A stretch of DNA of 64,000 nt, taken from positions 412,079 through 476,078 of the forward strand of contig CAWJII010000013.1 of NCBI GenBank assembly GCA_963842915.1, given 5' to 3'. Position 1 is the first letter of the stretch; the number at the start of each line of letters is the position of its first letter. This DNA comes from an uncultured delta proteobacterium. GTDB lineage: Bacteria > Myxococcota_A > Polyangia > Polyangiales > Houyiibacteriaceae. A program made the translations under genes and the position numbers. The notes under the pieces are model-generated. The model saw nothing but the letters and a program-made list of their open reading frames with translations, did not search any database and was not told the origin of the DNA. Shown here piece by piece: positions 47,073 through 56,946 of the stretch.

Positions 47073-47876
47073 ATGAGCGAACGAAAACTGGTGGGCACTG
47101 GGCCTCCGGATTTGCCAGAATCAGTGAGGAGGCGGGGACCAGGAATGGAAGCAGGCAGCAAGGATTCGCTCGCGGATCAGCTCTTGGAGCTACACAACAT
47201 TCAAGCGGCCCGCGTCGCGGCCGATGAGGAAGCGCGGTTTCGGGCGGCCGAAGACGCGCGACGTCGGGCGGAGGCGGAAGCCGAGCGGCGACGCGCCGAA
47301 GAAGAAACGCGTTTGCTAGCCGAAGAGGAAGCTCGTCTGGCCGAAGAGCGCGCCCTCCGGGAAGAGCAGGAGCGCCGCATCAATGAAGCCAAGCAGGCCG
47401 AGCTCCGGGTTCAACTGCAAGAAGAGGCCAGGGCACGCGCCGCCGAACAGCAGCGCCTGCTAGAGCACGAAAAGCAGATGGCGGCCATCACCGCTGTCGA
47501 TAAGGCCAAGATTCGCACGCGCCGAATGGTGCTAGGTGGTGTGCTCGTGATTCTCCTCGGCGCGCTAGGCGCCTATGCCTTCGTGGTGAAGCCTGCGCTC
47601 GAGCGTCAGGAGCTCGCGGCGGAGATGGCCCGGCAAGACCAGCGCCGAGCCGCGATGGACAAGGAGCAGGCCGAAGCAGCCTTGCTGACCGAGACGGAGC
47701 GCGCCGAAGCAGCGGAGCGTGACAAGGAAGCGCTGAAGGCACGCCTCGAAAAGAAGGACGAAGCTCGGCAAAAGGCCGCGGCCGCTCCGAACAAGCCGAA
47801 CAGGCCGAAAGCACGCCCCGCGAAGAAGCCCGGCTGCGCTCCGGACGACCCGCTTTGCGGGATCCCGCTCGACTAG
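47073..47876 (+). CDS. Coiled-coil (Glu/Arg/Ala-rich) single-pass membrane protein (function unknown)
   Basis: There is a long charged heptad-like region on both sides of one TM (MVLGGVLVILLGALGAYAFVV). The C-terminus is CAPDDPLCGIPLD. The start is uncertain; ATG 47145 is possible. Confidence 0.5.
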   Translation: MSERKLVGTGPPDLPESVRRRGPGMEAGSKDSLADQLLELHNIQAARVAADEEARFRAAEDARRRAEAEAERRRAEEETRLLAEEEARLAEERALREEQERRINEAKQAELRVQLQEEARARAAEQQRLLEHEKQMAAITAVDKAKIRTRRMVLGGVLVILLGALGAYAFVVKPALERQELAAEMARQDQRRAAMDKEQAEAALLTETERAEAAERDKEALKARLEKKDEARQKAAAAPNKPNRPKARPAKKPGCAPDDPLCGIPLD

Positions 47877-47881
47877 CGGGC

Positions 47882-49456
47882 CTACTCTTCCGAGGACGGC
47901 GGGTCTGACGGAGGGATGCTTCGACGGGCGGCAGCTCGGAGGCCGCCTCGGGTGTAGCGGCCCATGAGTGAAGGCCATTCCATGATGACGCTGCCGCCGG
48001 TTTCTTCATGTCGGGCTTGGAAGGCGGCGATGAAATCGAGGCAGGCGTGATCGACGTAGTCGAGCTCGTCGAAGCAGAGGTGAAGCTCGCTTGCAGGAGG
48101 AACTTCCTCGAGGGCTCCTGCGAGCAAGGGGAGCGCCACGAAGGTCGCGGCGCCGTGGAGGTGGAGCTCGATCTTGTCTTCGAAGTCGACGCGGTCGATG
48201 TCGAGGTGCGCCAGGGAGTAGACCAGCCTGCCCGTCGAAAGGACGAGACCGAGAATGATGCCGCTGAGCAGGTCGATGGAGACGATGCCCACGATGGTGG
48301 CCAGGTAGATGGCAAACACACCGCGGCCGTACTCGAGCATCTTGAGCGGTGTCGAAACCATGAAGAGGCGGAAGCCGACGTAGATGAGGATGGCAGCCAG
48401 GGCCGACTCTGGGACCAGGCCGAGCAAGCCGGGTAGGAGCATCGCGAAAAGCAGGATCCAAATGGCTTGCATGACCGATGACATCTGCGTTTTCGCGCCA
48501 GCTTCCACGTTGGCCGTACTTCGACTGATGACGCCGCTGATCGGAATCGTTCCAAGCAAGCCACAGACGAAATTCCCCAGGCCCTGCGCTGCGAGCTCGC
48601 GGTCGTAGTCGGTGCGATCGCCCTGATGCATGCGGGAGACCGCGGTCGCGCAAAGGAGCGTCTCGGCGCTGGCCACGAAGGCAAGCGCTCCTGCTGCGGC
48701 CAGGATGGCGGGATCCGTCAACTTCGACAGGAAATCGACGCTTGGCAGGGTGACGTACGAGGCGAGCGAACCGGTGAGGTCGACGTAGTCGATTGGGAGC
48801 CTAAGCAGGGCAGCGGCGGCCGTCGCGACCACGACCCCTGCAAGCGCACCGGGAAGGATGTGAAGCTTTTTGGGGCGGAAGCGGTCCCAGAGCACAATCG
48901 TGAGCAGAGTGGCCACGCCGATCGAAGCTGCGATGTAGTGCGTGCGGTCGCCGCCGGTCGTCATCGCTTTCATGATGCCGGCGGGAATTTTGAAGATGTT
49001 GTAGAGAACGCTCCCTTGGATGTCGTCGTCGATCATCACGTGGAACTGCTTGGACACGATGATGAGACCGATGCCTCCCAGCATGCCTCGGACGACGGCA
49101 GGGGAGACCGCTCGAAAGTAGGTCCCGAACTTCAGCAGACCGGCGATCCCTTGCGCCAAGCCCGCAAGCATGACGACGACAGCGATGCTGGTGATGCCGT
49201 ACGGGTCTTCGTCGGTGCGAAAGGCGACGACCCATTCGAGTAACAGGACGCTCAGACCGGCCGAGGGCCCTGAAATCTGAAGGGGTGCACCGCCGAGGAA
49301 GCCCACGACCACCCCGCCCACCACGGCGGTGATCAGACCGAGCGAAGCCGGCATCCCCGAAGCGCGCGCGATGCCCATCGAGAGTGGAAGCGCGATCAGG
49401 AAAACGACGACGGACGGAGGGATGTCCTTGACGAAGGGGCGGACTCTGTAGTGCAA
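47882..49456 (-). CDS. SulP family inorganic anion transporter with C-terminal STAS domain
   Basis: 524 aa with multiple TM segments. The SulP-like N-terminus reads ...VVVFLIALPLSMGIARASGMP...GGAPLQISGPSAG... A STAS-like tail follows. Confidence 0.92.
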   Translation of the reverse strand: MHYRVRPFVKDIPPSVVVFLIALPLSMGIARASGMPASLGLITAVVGGVVVGFLGGAPLQISGPSAGLSVLLLEWVVAFRTDEDPYGITSIAVVVMLAGLAQGIAGLLKFGTYFRAVSPAVVRGMLGGIGLIIVSKQFHVMIDDDIQGSVLYNIFKIPAGIMKAMTTGGDRTHYIAASIGVATLLTIVLWDRFRPKKLHILPGALAGVVVATAAAALLRLPIDYVDLTGSLASYVTLPSVDFLSKLTDPAILAAAGALAFVASAETLLCATAVSRMHQGDRTDYDRELAAQGLGNFVCGLLGTIPISGVISRSTANVEAGAKTQMSSVMQAIWILLFAMLLPGLLGLVPESALAAILIYVGFRLFMVSTPLKMLEYGRGVFAIYLATIVGIVSIDLLSGIILGLVLSTGRLVYSLAHLDIDRVDFEDKIELHLHGAATFVALPLLAGALEEVPPASELHLCFDELDYVDHACLDFIAAFQARHEETGGSVIMEWPSLMGRYTRGGLRAAARRSIPPSDPPSSEE

Positions 49457-49468
49457 CCTGGGTTGCCT

Positions 49469-50680
49469 CTACTTCACGCGCACGATGAAGTCGCCGTCGT
49501 TACCGAGGGGCGGACCAGTCAGGATGGGGTCCCACTCGGTTTGGCCGAGGACGTGACGGCGGCCGAACGCTAGAACGTAGGCCGCGAGCACGGGGAGCGC
49601 TTCTTGGGTGTCGATGAAGCCCGGGCCGCAGCCGTCTTGACCGGCGTCGGGCCGGAAGAAATCGAGCAGATCCTGGCTGAGGTCGTGGCAGATGCTGATG
49701 AAGCTGAAGTGCGCGCCCTTGGGCATTTCGACCCAGAGGTCGTCCTGGTGATCGAGGCTCATCCAGGCCGGAACCGCGGACTCTTCTTGAGTGGTCGTCT
49801 GGTCGAGGAGGCCGCTCATGAGCATCGTGGGGACCTCCAGTTTGGCAAGCTCGCCGTCGGCGATGGAACCGATCGCCGGCGCTTGCGGTGCAAGGGCGAC
49901 GATGCGCTCGTCGAGGAAGCCAGCGCGGTAAGCGGCTTCGACATCTGGATTGGCGATCAAGTCACAGGCGGCGCTCATGACACCTTCGCAGTCAGCCTCA
50001 ATTCCGTCGAAGTCCACGGCGGCGCCACCGGACACGAACGTCGTGTAGCCGCCAAAGCTGTGACCAAAGAGGAAGACGCTCGAGGTGTCGGCTTTGCCCG
50101 CCAGCTCATCGCCGCTGAGGCCCGACTCGAATTCATCGATGATCGTGCTGATGTCGGTTGGGCGGTCGAGCGCCGAACGGGTGAAGGGGTCGGGCATGTC
50201 TAAGAAGTCGAACGCCGTGTTGCCCGTGTGGTTCGGCGCGACGAGCACCCAGCCGTGCGAGGCCATGAGCTCACCGTAGGGGTAGGCGAGCAAGCCCTCG
50301 GCTCCGTTGCCGTGTGAGTGTACGACGAAGGGGAGGTTCTCCTGGTCGGTCACCGGCGGCGCATCGAGCGCGTACACTGCCGGCAGATTGATGATGCCGC
50401 CGACCGCGTAGGTCGCTGGGGGCTTGCCGGAGCCTTCCTGCGCCGGATACCAGACTCGCAAGAGGAGCTCGCGGTCTTCCAAGGTGGCTGCCTCGCTGTA
50501 GCTGATCGTGATCTCGCGGTAGCCGACTTCGAACGGTCCTTGCTCGAAGAGCTCGTCGGCGCTTGCGCCGATGGTGCTCGAAGAGGAGTCGCCGCCGCAG
50601 CCGATGAGAGAGGTGATGAGGATTGCAACCGCTCCAACGGTCGCGCCCAAAGAAGAAAAAGAACGCATGCCGGCCGGCAT
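49469..50680 (-). CDS. Lipoprotein alpha/beta hydrolase (PAF-acetylhydrolase / dienelactone-hydrolase-like)
   Basis: Trimmed to MPAGMRSFSSLGATVGAVAILITSLIGC (lipobox). Nucleophile elbow is FLFGHSFGGYT. Confidence 0.75.
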   Translation of the reverse strand: MPAGMRSFSSLGATVGAVAILITSLIGCGGDSSSSTIGASADELFEQGPFEVGYREITISYSEAATLEDRELLLRVWYPAQEGSGKPPATYAVGGIINLPAVYALDAPPVTDQENLPFVVHSHGNGAEGLLAYPYGELMASHGWVLVAPNHTGNTAFDFLDMPDPFTRSALDRPTDISTIIDEFESGLSGDELAGKADTSSVFLFGHSFGGYTTFVSGGAAVDFDGIEADCEGVMSAACDLIANPDVEAAYRAGFLDERIVALAPQAPAIGSIADGELAKLEVPTMLMSGLLDQTTTQEESAVPAWMSLDHQDDLWVEMPKGAHFSFISICHDLSQDLLDFFRPDAGQDGCGPGFIDTQEALPVLAAYVLAFGRRHVLGQTEWDPILTGPPLGNDGDFIVRVK

Positions 50681-51098
50681 GATAGTGGGAATGCCGCGGG
50701 CGCGCGAGGGGGAACGAAAACGGCAGTTATCGGGCCGGTGTGCGTTCACGGCACAGAAGGTGTGGCGCTCGAGCCAAGCAATGCGCTGCAATTCACGAGT
50801 CTTTCCGGGGTTCGCGGGCTTGTTTCACGAGGCACGGCTCGCCGAGCTCGAACGGGCATATCAGAACGTGAAGATACGTGGACCGCGGGCGGGGGTTCCC
50901 GTATCCGCGGCGGTCATTTTCGGTGGCGCGATGACTGCAGCGGCGCTTCACCTGGGAGATGCAACAGCTACAGGGGGCGTTGCCATAGGGGTGCAGACCC
51001 GCTTGGCCGACGATTGAGAGCGAAATTACGGGCGCGGCACTTTTTCTTTGCACCCCACCGAGGCAAGCGACTAAAGAGTCACAGCATTCGGTGAGGGA

Positions 51099-51260
51099 AT
51101 GGCAAACGACTCCGTAGATCTCGTGATGTGTGCGGCCTGCCAAGAGCGGGTGGCTGAGCTGATTGCCGAAGGCGGCAGGGGCGTGTGCAGCGTGTGCATG
51201 CTCGAAGAAATGAACTCGAATTCGAATCGCGACGCGAAGCGCGACGAGACGGGCGACTAG
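51099..51260 (+). CDS. Possible 53-aa zinc-ribbon protein (below the ORF-track length cutoff)
   Basis: ATG 51099 follows GAGGGA. My translation is [53 protein letters not shown], with paired CxxC motifs. There is no other support. Confidence 0.3.
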   Translation: MANDSVDLVMCAACQERVAELIAEGGRGVCSVCMLEEMNSNSNRDAKRDETGD

Positions 51261-51289
51261 ACTCGCTTCGCGAGGTGGCTCATGCGGTG

Positions 51290-51735
51290 TTTGTTGCCGA
51301 AGGCGGTCAAGCCAACGGGCTCGACTCGGACCTGGGCGGGCTCTTGCTGACGGCCGAGCATGCGAATCGTCGCGTGTCGCGCACGCTCGCGAACGCAACC
51401 GTGGTGACGGTCGTGAGCGAGCACATGGGCGATCGCTTGAACTCCCCCAACGACATCGCGGTGCGGAGCGACGGCACAATCTACTTCACCGACCCGCCGA
51501 ACGGCTTGGTGCTGTCGCCGGATGAAAGCGTTTTGTACGTGGCTGACTCGACGGCCGGGGTGATGGCGTTCGATGTGAATGCAGACGGTTCACTCAGCAA
51601 CGAGCGCGACTTCATCGAAACGTTGCCCAATGCCGACGGCATGGCGATCGATATGGGCGGGAATCTGTTCGTCACGACTTCCACCGGCGTGCAAGTGTTC
51701 GACCCCGCCGGCAATTCCTGGGGCACGATTGAAGT
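51290..51735 (+). pseudogene. SMP-30/gluconolactonase/LRE-family gene relic (N- and C-terminally truncated, internal deletion)
   Basis: Within ORF 51185..51829: ...[28 protein letters not shown]...[23 protein letters not shown]|[18 protein letters not shown]...[33 protein letters not shown]. Only about half of a six-bladed propeller is present. It has no plausible start, and its 3' end runs into the convergent ABC ATPase gene. Confidence 0.65.
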
Positions 51736-52439
51736 TAGCGAGAGTCGGCGGGTCCGTCGTAGACGACCGCGCCGTCGACCAGCTCGACGATGCGCTCGCA
51801 TCGCTGGGCGAGATCGGAATCGTGCGTGACGATCAAGAAGGCTGTTGAGCTCTCGGCGTTTCGTTGCCGTAAGAGGTCGAAGACTTGATTGGACGTTTCG
51901 GTATCGAGGTTTCCGGTCGGCTCGTCCGCGAGCACCAGTGGCGGGTCGTTCATCAGGGCTCTGGCTACCGCGACCCGCTGCTGCATGCCCCCCGAAAGCT
52001 GGCGCGGCCAGGCCTCGGCCCAGTCCCCGAGTCCCATTGCGTCGAGCAGCTCGCGTGCCCGCGTCTTCATCGCGACGCGAAAGCCGCCTCGCACGGCGGC
52101 GGTGGGCAGCATGACGTTCTCGATGACGCTGAGCCCAGGCAAGAGGTGATGCGACTGAAAGATGAAGCCAAGCTTTTGTCCGCGCAGTGCGGTGAGCGCT
52201 TGGTCGTCCATATTCTCGACCGGCTGCCCTTGGATCAGGATTCTCCCCTGCGTGGGCCGATCGAGGAGACCGATTAGATTGAGCAAGGTGCTCTTGCCGG
52301 AGCCGGAGGGACCGACGAGGGCGACGAGCTCCCCTTGGCCGATCGAAAGATCGATGCCGTGGAGGATCTCGGTCGTGACGCCGTCGAGGTACGATTTGCG
52401 AACGCCCTCCAGGTGCAGCAACTCGTGCGGGCTGTTCAT
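51735..52439 (-). CDS. ABC transporter ATP-binding protein (MacB/LolD/FtsE type)
   Basis: Walker [10 protein letters not shown], signature [15 protein letters not shown] and Walker [13 protein letters not shown]. Confidence 0.93.
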   Translation of the reverse strand: MNSPHELLHLEGVRKSYLDGVTTEILHGIDLSIGQGELVALVGPSGSGKSTLLNLIGLLDRPTQGRILIQGQPVENMDDQALTALRGQKLGFIFQSHHLLPGLSVIENVMLPTAAVRGGFRVAMKTRARELLDAMGLGDWAEAWPRQLSGGMQQRVAVARALMNDPPLVLADEPTGNLDTETSNQVFDLLRQRNAESSTAFLIVTHDSDLAQRCERIVELVDGAVVYDGPADSR

Positions 52440-53629
52440 TCGTCGCCTCGGATGGCAGCAGCCGGGTCCAGGTTGGCCGCCTTGCGCGCAGGGAGGTAGG
52501 CCGCGATGACGCCGGTTGCGATCGAAACGGTTAGCGCCGTGATCAGAAGCCGGGGCGTGACGGTGATGTCGAAGAGCGCGCTCGACTCGATGAGCTCGCC
52601 GGCGAACGCGCCTAACATCGTCCCAAGCAGGGCGCCAGCGAGACCGAAAAGCAGTCCTTGGCAGAGAAAGACTGCCAGCACGGTACGGCGAGGGGTGCCG
52701 ACGGCGCGGAGGATTCCGATCTGACCTCTTCGTTGAACGACGGTGACGCTGAGGACGCTGGCGATGCCCATGGCTACGGCGAGCAGGACGAAGATCCGGA
52801 TCATCGTCGTCGAGGCGTCCTGCGAGCGCAGACCGGTGAGCAGGTCGCGGTTGCGCTCCATCCAGCTTTCAGTCGGAACACCGGTCCGGACCTCGATCTC
52901 TGTGGCGATCCGCTCCGCGTCGTAGACCTCGGCGACGCGGGCGTCGATCTCGGTGATGTCGCCCACTCGGTTGAGGAGCGTCTGAGCATTACGTAGAGAG
53001 GTCACCAACCAGCGGCCGTTGACCATCTCGTTGCCGACATCGAACACGCCGATAATCCGCAGCAGGCTTTCGCGGTCACCGCTTCGCACGCGGACGGGAT
53101 CGCCGACGCGCGCGCCCAGCTTCTGCGCAAGAGTCGTGCCGATGACCGCCTCTTCGCCGCCGAGTCGGTAGGTTCCCTCGACGAGGTTTGCTCGAAGGTC
53201 GACGATCTGGCGCAAGCGATCGGCGTCCGCCCCAACCACCTTGACCGCTTCCTCGGCCGCGCCTCGGTATGCGAGTGCGGAGCCGCTAACCTTTGGACAA
53301 GTGGCGACCACACCCTGTGTCGCTTCGACTCTGCGAACGGTTCGCTGCCACTGATCAAACGGCCTTCGCCGTGGCTCGGACGGCTCTACGCGCCGCGCGA
53401 ATGCGACGCCGGGCTCGGCCATGAGCGCGCGAGGTGAAGCTTCCTCCGGGGCGACCGTGATGTGGGCTTGGCTTCCGAGTGTTTGCTCGAGCAGGTTGAC
53501 CTGCAGGCCCTCGATGATGGCCGAGACGAAGACGAAGGCGGCGATACCGATCGTGACGCCAGCGAGAATGAGTAGGGATTGTGTCCGTCCCTCGCGCAGG
53601 AATCTCCAAGCGAGCTGGAGCGCGAGCAC
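52436..53629 (-). CDS. ABC transporter permease (FtsX-like, MacB/LolCE family)
   Basis: 397 aa with an N-terminal TM, a large periplasmic loop and a C-terminal FtsX-type 3-TM bundle. The stop overlaps the ATPase start by 4 nt. Confidence 0.9.
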   Translation of the reverse strand: MLALQLAWRFLREGRTQSLLILAGVTIGIAAFVFVSAIIEGLQVNLLEQTLGSQAHITVAPEEASPRALMAEPGVAFARRVEPSEPRRRPFDQWQRTVRRVEATQGVVATCPKVSGSALAYRGAAEEAVKVVGADADRLRQIVDLRANLVEGTYRLGGEEAVIGTTLAQKLGARVGDPVRVRSGDRESLLRIIGVFDVGNEMVNGRWLVTSLRNAQTLLNRVGDITEIDARVAEVYDAERIATEIEVRTGVPTESWMERNRDLLTGLRSQDASTTMIRIFVLLAVAMGIASVLSVTVVQRRGQIGILRAVGTPRRTVLAVFLCQGLLFGLAGALLGTMLGAFAGELIESSALFDITVTPRLLITALTVSIATGVIAAYLPARKAANLDPAAAIRGDE

Positions 53630-54879
53630 TAGCCCTCCCCTTTCACTTCCAACTCGACCGCCGGCCGCGTCTTGCGTACGCGGACCGGGTCGCCCTCTTC
53701 GATGGGAAGCGCCGGCGAGAGCAGCTGCTCGTCTTCGCTCAGGCCCGAGACGACTTCAACGAGATCGTCCCCTTCGAGCCCGAGCTTCACGTCACGGCGC
53801 TGCGCGCGACCCTCTTTGGCGAGCATCAGCCAGGGGGTTTCACTGCCGAGGTCATGGATTAGCCAGCTCGGCACAACCAGTGCGCTCTGTGCGCGTCCCA
53901 CTTCGATTTCGACGGTCACCGTCATGTCGGGTCGCAGGTCCAACTCGTCGTCGATGCTGAGGTCCACTTCGACTGTGCCGCGGATCGGGTCGATGGAGGG
54001 CGCAATGCGTGCGATGGACGCGTCGACGCGCTGGTCTGGAAACGCTTCGGCGGAGATGAGCGCGTGTTGACCCAGTCGTAGCAAGGCGAGGTTGGACTCG
54101 TCGGGCTGGATGCGTACTTCCAAGGGGCCGTCGCCGGCGAAAGTCAGGAGCGGCTCGCCGGGCTGGACGACTTCGCCGCGCTCGACGTGCCGTTTGAGGA
54201 CAACTCCAGGCAATGGCGCGCGAATCCTGGTGTGCTCGACAGCGACTTGCGCAGCCGTGAGTCGGGCTTCAGCGCGCGCGAGCGACGCGGCCGCCACCGC
54301 CACGTCGCTTCCTCGAGGGGCTGCCGCCGCCACTTCGAGGGACGCCGAGATGCGCCGACTGCGGGTCTGATCGCGATCACGACGGGCGCGCTCCAGGCTG
54401 AGCTCGCTGACGGCGCCGGTTCCGAAGAGCTTGTCTTGCCGCCGGTATTCCGTCTCGGCTTGCTCGGCTTCGATGGTCGCCTGTCGAAGCGCTTGAACCG
54501 CCATACGGCGACCGAGGCCCTGCACGCGCGCGAGACGCGCCTCCGCTTCCGACACCGACGCTTCGGCCTCGGCGAGACTGGCGAGCGCGTCGTCATCGGC
54601 GAGTCGGACGAGCAAGGCGTCGGCCTCGACGCGATCGCCATCATCTACCAGCAGCTCCGCAACGGTGCCGGGAACCATGGCCCCGAGCTTGGACTGACGG
54701 CGTTGGACCACACGACCGGAGGTCACGATCGTTTGCACCATCGGACGGCGGACCGCCGTGATCGCATCGACGCGCGGCCCCTCCGCCTCGCGGAACAGCC
54801 ACCAGGCAGCAAGCACGAGCGCAGCAGCAAGCGGCGCGATCCAAAAGAGCTGGCGCTTGCGGCCGGTCACCGGACGCAT
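53629..54879 (-). CDS. Efflux transporter periplasmic adaptor subunit (HlyD/MacA family)
   Basis: N-terminal anchor, a long Ala/Arg/Glu-rich coiled-coil hairpin, and barrel-sandwich/beta-barrel regions (...RIRAPLPGVV...). Confidence 0.88.
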   Translation of the reverse strand: MRPVTGRKRQLFWIAPLAAALVLAAWWLFREAEGPRVDAITAVRRPMVQTIVTSGRVVQRRQSKLGAMVPGTVAELLVDDGDRVEADALLVRLADDDALASLAEAEASVSEAEARLARVQGLGRRMAVQALRQATIEAEQAETEYRRQDKLFGTGAVSELSLERARRDRDQTRSRRISASLEVAAAAPRGSDVAVAAASLARAEARLTAAQVAVEHTRIRAPLPGVVLKRHVERGEVVQPGEPLLTFAGDGPLEVRIQPDESNLALLRLGQHALISAEAFPDQRVDASIARIAPSIDPIRGTVEVDLSIDDELDLRPDMTVTVEIEVGRAQSALVVPSWLIHDLGSETPWLMLAKEGRAQRRDVKLGLEGDDLVEVVSGLSEDEQLLSPALPIEEGDPVRVRKTRPAVELEVKGEG

Positions 54880-54925
54880 CTATCGCAATCTGGCTGTGTT
54901 GTCAGGTGATCTTAGGCGCGAGGGG

Positions 54926-56902
54926 TTACTTACGCTTGGGGCGGTCGTTTGGTCCTGCTCGGCGGCCGAGCCGGCCGTGCGGTTGAGTGCGACTGCGTTG
55001 GTAGCGCCGTTGTTCGTGAATGGAGAGGGCGCCCTTCCCTGATGCCGGGGGGACTAGGTGGCGGTCGGCGCTTCCGATGAGGTCGCCGCGTTTGGCTTTG
55101 ATGAGGGCTTCGCGGGCGAGGTCGTGTTGCGCGACGTCCCAGTATTGAAGGAGCGCTTTTTGCAGTCGCTTTTCGCGTAGGCTCTTGGCGACGTAGACCG
55201 GTTGTTGGGTGAAGGGGTCGAGGCCGGTGACGTACATGCTGGTGGCCATGCTCATCGGGGTGGGGATGAAGTCTTGGACTTGGCGGGGGCGCAGGCCGCG
55301 TTTCTTCAAGTAGAGGGCTAGCTCGATCATGGACTGGGTGGTCGAGCCGGGGTGGCCGCTGATGTAGTAGGGGACCAGGTGTTGGTTCTTGCCGCTCTTC
55401 TGGCTGGCGCAGTCGAACATCTCGGCGAAGCGCTCGTAGCTTTCGGCGCCGGGCTTTTTCATTTTGTCGAGGACGTCTTCGTCGACGTGTTCGGGGGCGA
55501 CCGAGAGTTGGCCGCCGGTGTGGTGCTCGGCGAGGACTTCGACGAACTCGGGGCTGAGCTCGGCCAGGTCGTAGCGGACGCCCGAAGCGATGAAGGCCTT
55601 TTTGATGCCCTTTTCTTTGCGGATTTCGCTCAGGAGATGCACGAGCGGACCGTGATCGGTGACCAGGTTCTCGCAGACACCGGGGTGCACGCAGCTCAGG
55701 CGGCGGCAGGCCTTTTCGATGCGTTCGTCCTTGCACTTCATCTCGTACATGTTTGCGGTCGGACCGCCGACGTCGCTGATGACGCCGGCGAAGTCATCCA
55801 TGCGGCGGAGCGCGCGCACTTCACGCAGGATGCTCTCTTCGCTGCGGGACTGAATCACCCTGCCCTCGTGCTCTGTGATCGAACAGAAGCTGCAGCCGCC
55901 GAAGCAGCCGCGCATGGTGACGATGCTGTGCTTGACCGTTTCGTAAGCCGGGATGCCGTCGGCGTAAGACGGGTGCGGATAGCGTGTGAACGGCAAGTCG
56001 TACAGGCCGTCCATGGTCTCGGTGTCGAGGGGCTCGGCGGGAGGGTTCAGATAGACGGCTTCGTGCTCGTGTGGCTGGATCAGCGGGCGGCCATTGCCTG
56101 GGTTGGTTTCTTTTTGAAAGGCTCCGCTCATTTCGCTGAAGCGTTCTTTGCTCGCTTTGATCTCTTCGTAGCTGGGCAAGAACACCGGCTTGCCGTCGCG
56201 GATGAAACGACTGGGCTCGATGTCCTCCCACTGGCCTTTGCGCAAAACGTGAGCGGTGCCTCGGATGTCACGGATCGTGTCGAGCGTTTCGCCGGCAGCG
56301 AGGCGGTCGGCGAGCTCCCAGACGGGGCGTTCGCCCATGCCGAAGATCAGCATGTCGGCTTTGGAATCGAGTAAGACGCTGCGGCGGATCGAATCGCTCC
56401 AGTAGTCGTAGTGGGCGATGCGGCGCAGAGAGGCTTCGATGCCGCCGAGGATGATTGGCACGCCCGAGAATGCTTGCCTGCAGAGGTTGCCGTAGACGAT
56501 GCTCGCGCGATTGGGGCGCATGTTGGTTCGGCCGCCCGGGGAGTACTGATCTTCGGAGCGGACCTTCTTCTGCGCGGTCAGCTTGTTGAGCATGCTGTCC
56601 AAGTTGCCGCTGGTGATGCCGACGAAGAGGCGTGGGGCTCCCATGCGGGTCAGATCTGTGGTGTCGTTCCACTTGGGTTGGGCAATCATGCCGACGCGGT
56701 AGCCGCGGCCTTCGAGGAAGCGGCCGATGAGTGCGCCGCCGAAGGCCGGGTGATCGACATAGGCATCGCCGTTGACGATGAGGATATCGAGCTCATCCCA
56801 GCCGCGCGCGTCCATTTCTTCGCGCGTGGTGGGCAGATACGCGCTCGTGTCAGGCCGGCTCGAACCCCGGGTGCCTTTTCGCGATAAGGGGACGAGGACC
56901 AT
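54926..56902 (-). CDS. ygiQ: YgiQ family radical SAM protein (UPF0313)
   Basis: 658 aa. The N-terminus is ...LPTTREEMDARGWDELDILIVNGDAYVDHPAFG and the cluster motif is CFGGCSFCSITEHEG. Confidence 0.92.
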   Translation of the reverse strand: MVLVPLSRKGTRGSSRPDTSAYLPTTREEMDARGWDELDILIVNGDAYVDHPAFGGALIGRFLEGRGYRVGMIAQPKWNDTTDLTRMGAPRLFVGITSGNLDSMLNKLTAQKKVRSEDQYSPGGRTNMRPNRASIVYGNLCRQAFSGVPIILGGIEASLRRIAHYDYWSDSIRRSVLLDSKADMLIFGMGERPVWELADRLAAGETLDTIRDIRGTAHVLRKGQWEDIEPSRFIRDGKPVFLPSYEEIKASKERFSEMSGAFQKETNPGNGRPLIQPHEHEAVYLNPPAEPLDTETMDGLYDLPFTRYPHPSYADGIPAYETVKHSIVTMRGCFGGCSFCSITEHEGRVIQSRSEESILREVRALRRMDDFAGVISDVGGPTANMYEMKCKDERIEKACRRLSCVHPGVCENLVTDHGPLVHLLSEIRKEKGIKKAFIASGVRYDLAELSPEFVEVLAEHHTGGQLSVAPEHVDEDVLDKMKKPGAESYERFAEMFDCASQKSGKNQHLVPYYISGHPGSTTQSMIELALYLKKRGLRPRQVQDFIPTPMSMATSMYVTGLDPFTQQPVYVAKSLREKRLQKALLQYWDVAQHDLAREALIKAKRGDLIGSADRHLVPPASGKGALSIHEQRRYQRSRTQPHGRLGRRAGPNDRPKRK

Positions 56903-56946
56903 GCTGCACCTTGCCCATGCGGGGCCGGTCGCGCAAACGTACGCCC

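Noticed and set aside
50781-51017. 78-codon ORF (MRCNSRVFPGFAGLFHEARLAELERAYQNV...) within track ORF 50571..51017, divergent from the hydrolase lipoprotein gene.
   Set aside because: It has no ribosome-binding site and no family resemblance. The upstream part of the track ORF is merely antisense to the hydrolase gene. Coding cannot be supported.
51035-51052. Sigma-54-like CGGCAC-N9-TTTGCA upstream of the small zinc-ribbon ORF.
   Set aside because: The GG-to-GC spacing is 14 nt rather than the 12 nt of the consensus, and the -24 element lacks the leading T. It is probably a chance resemblance.
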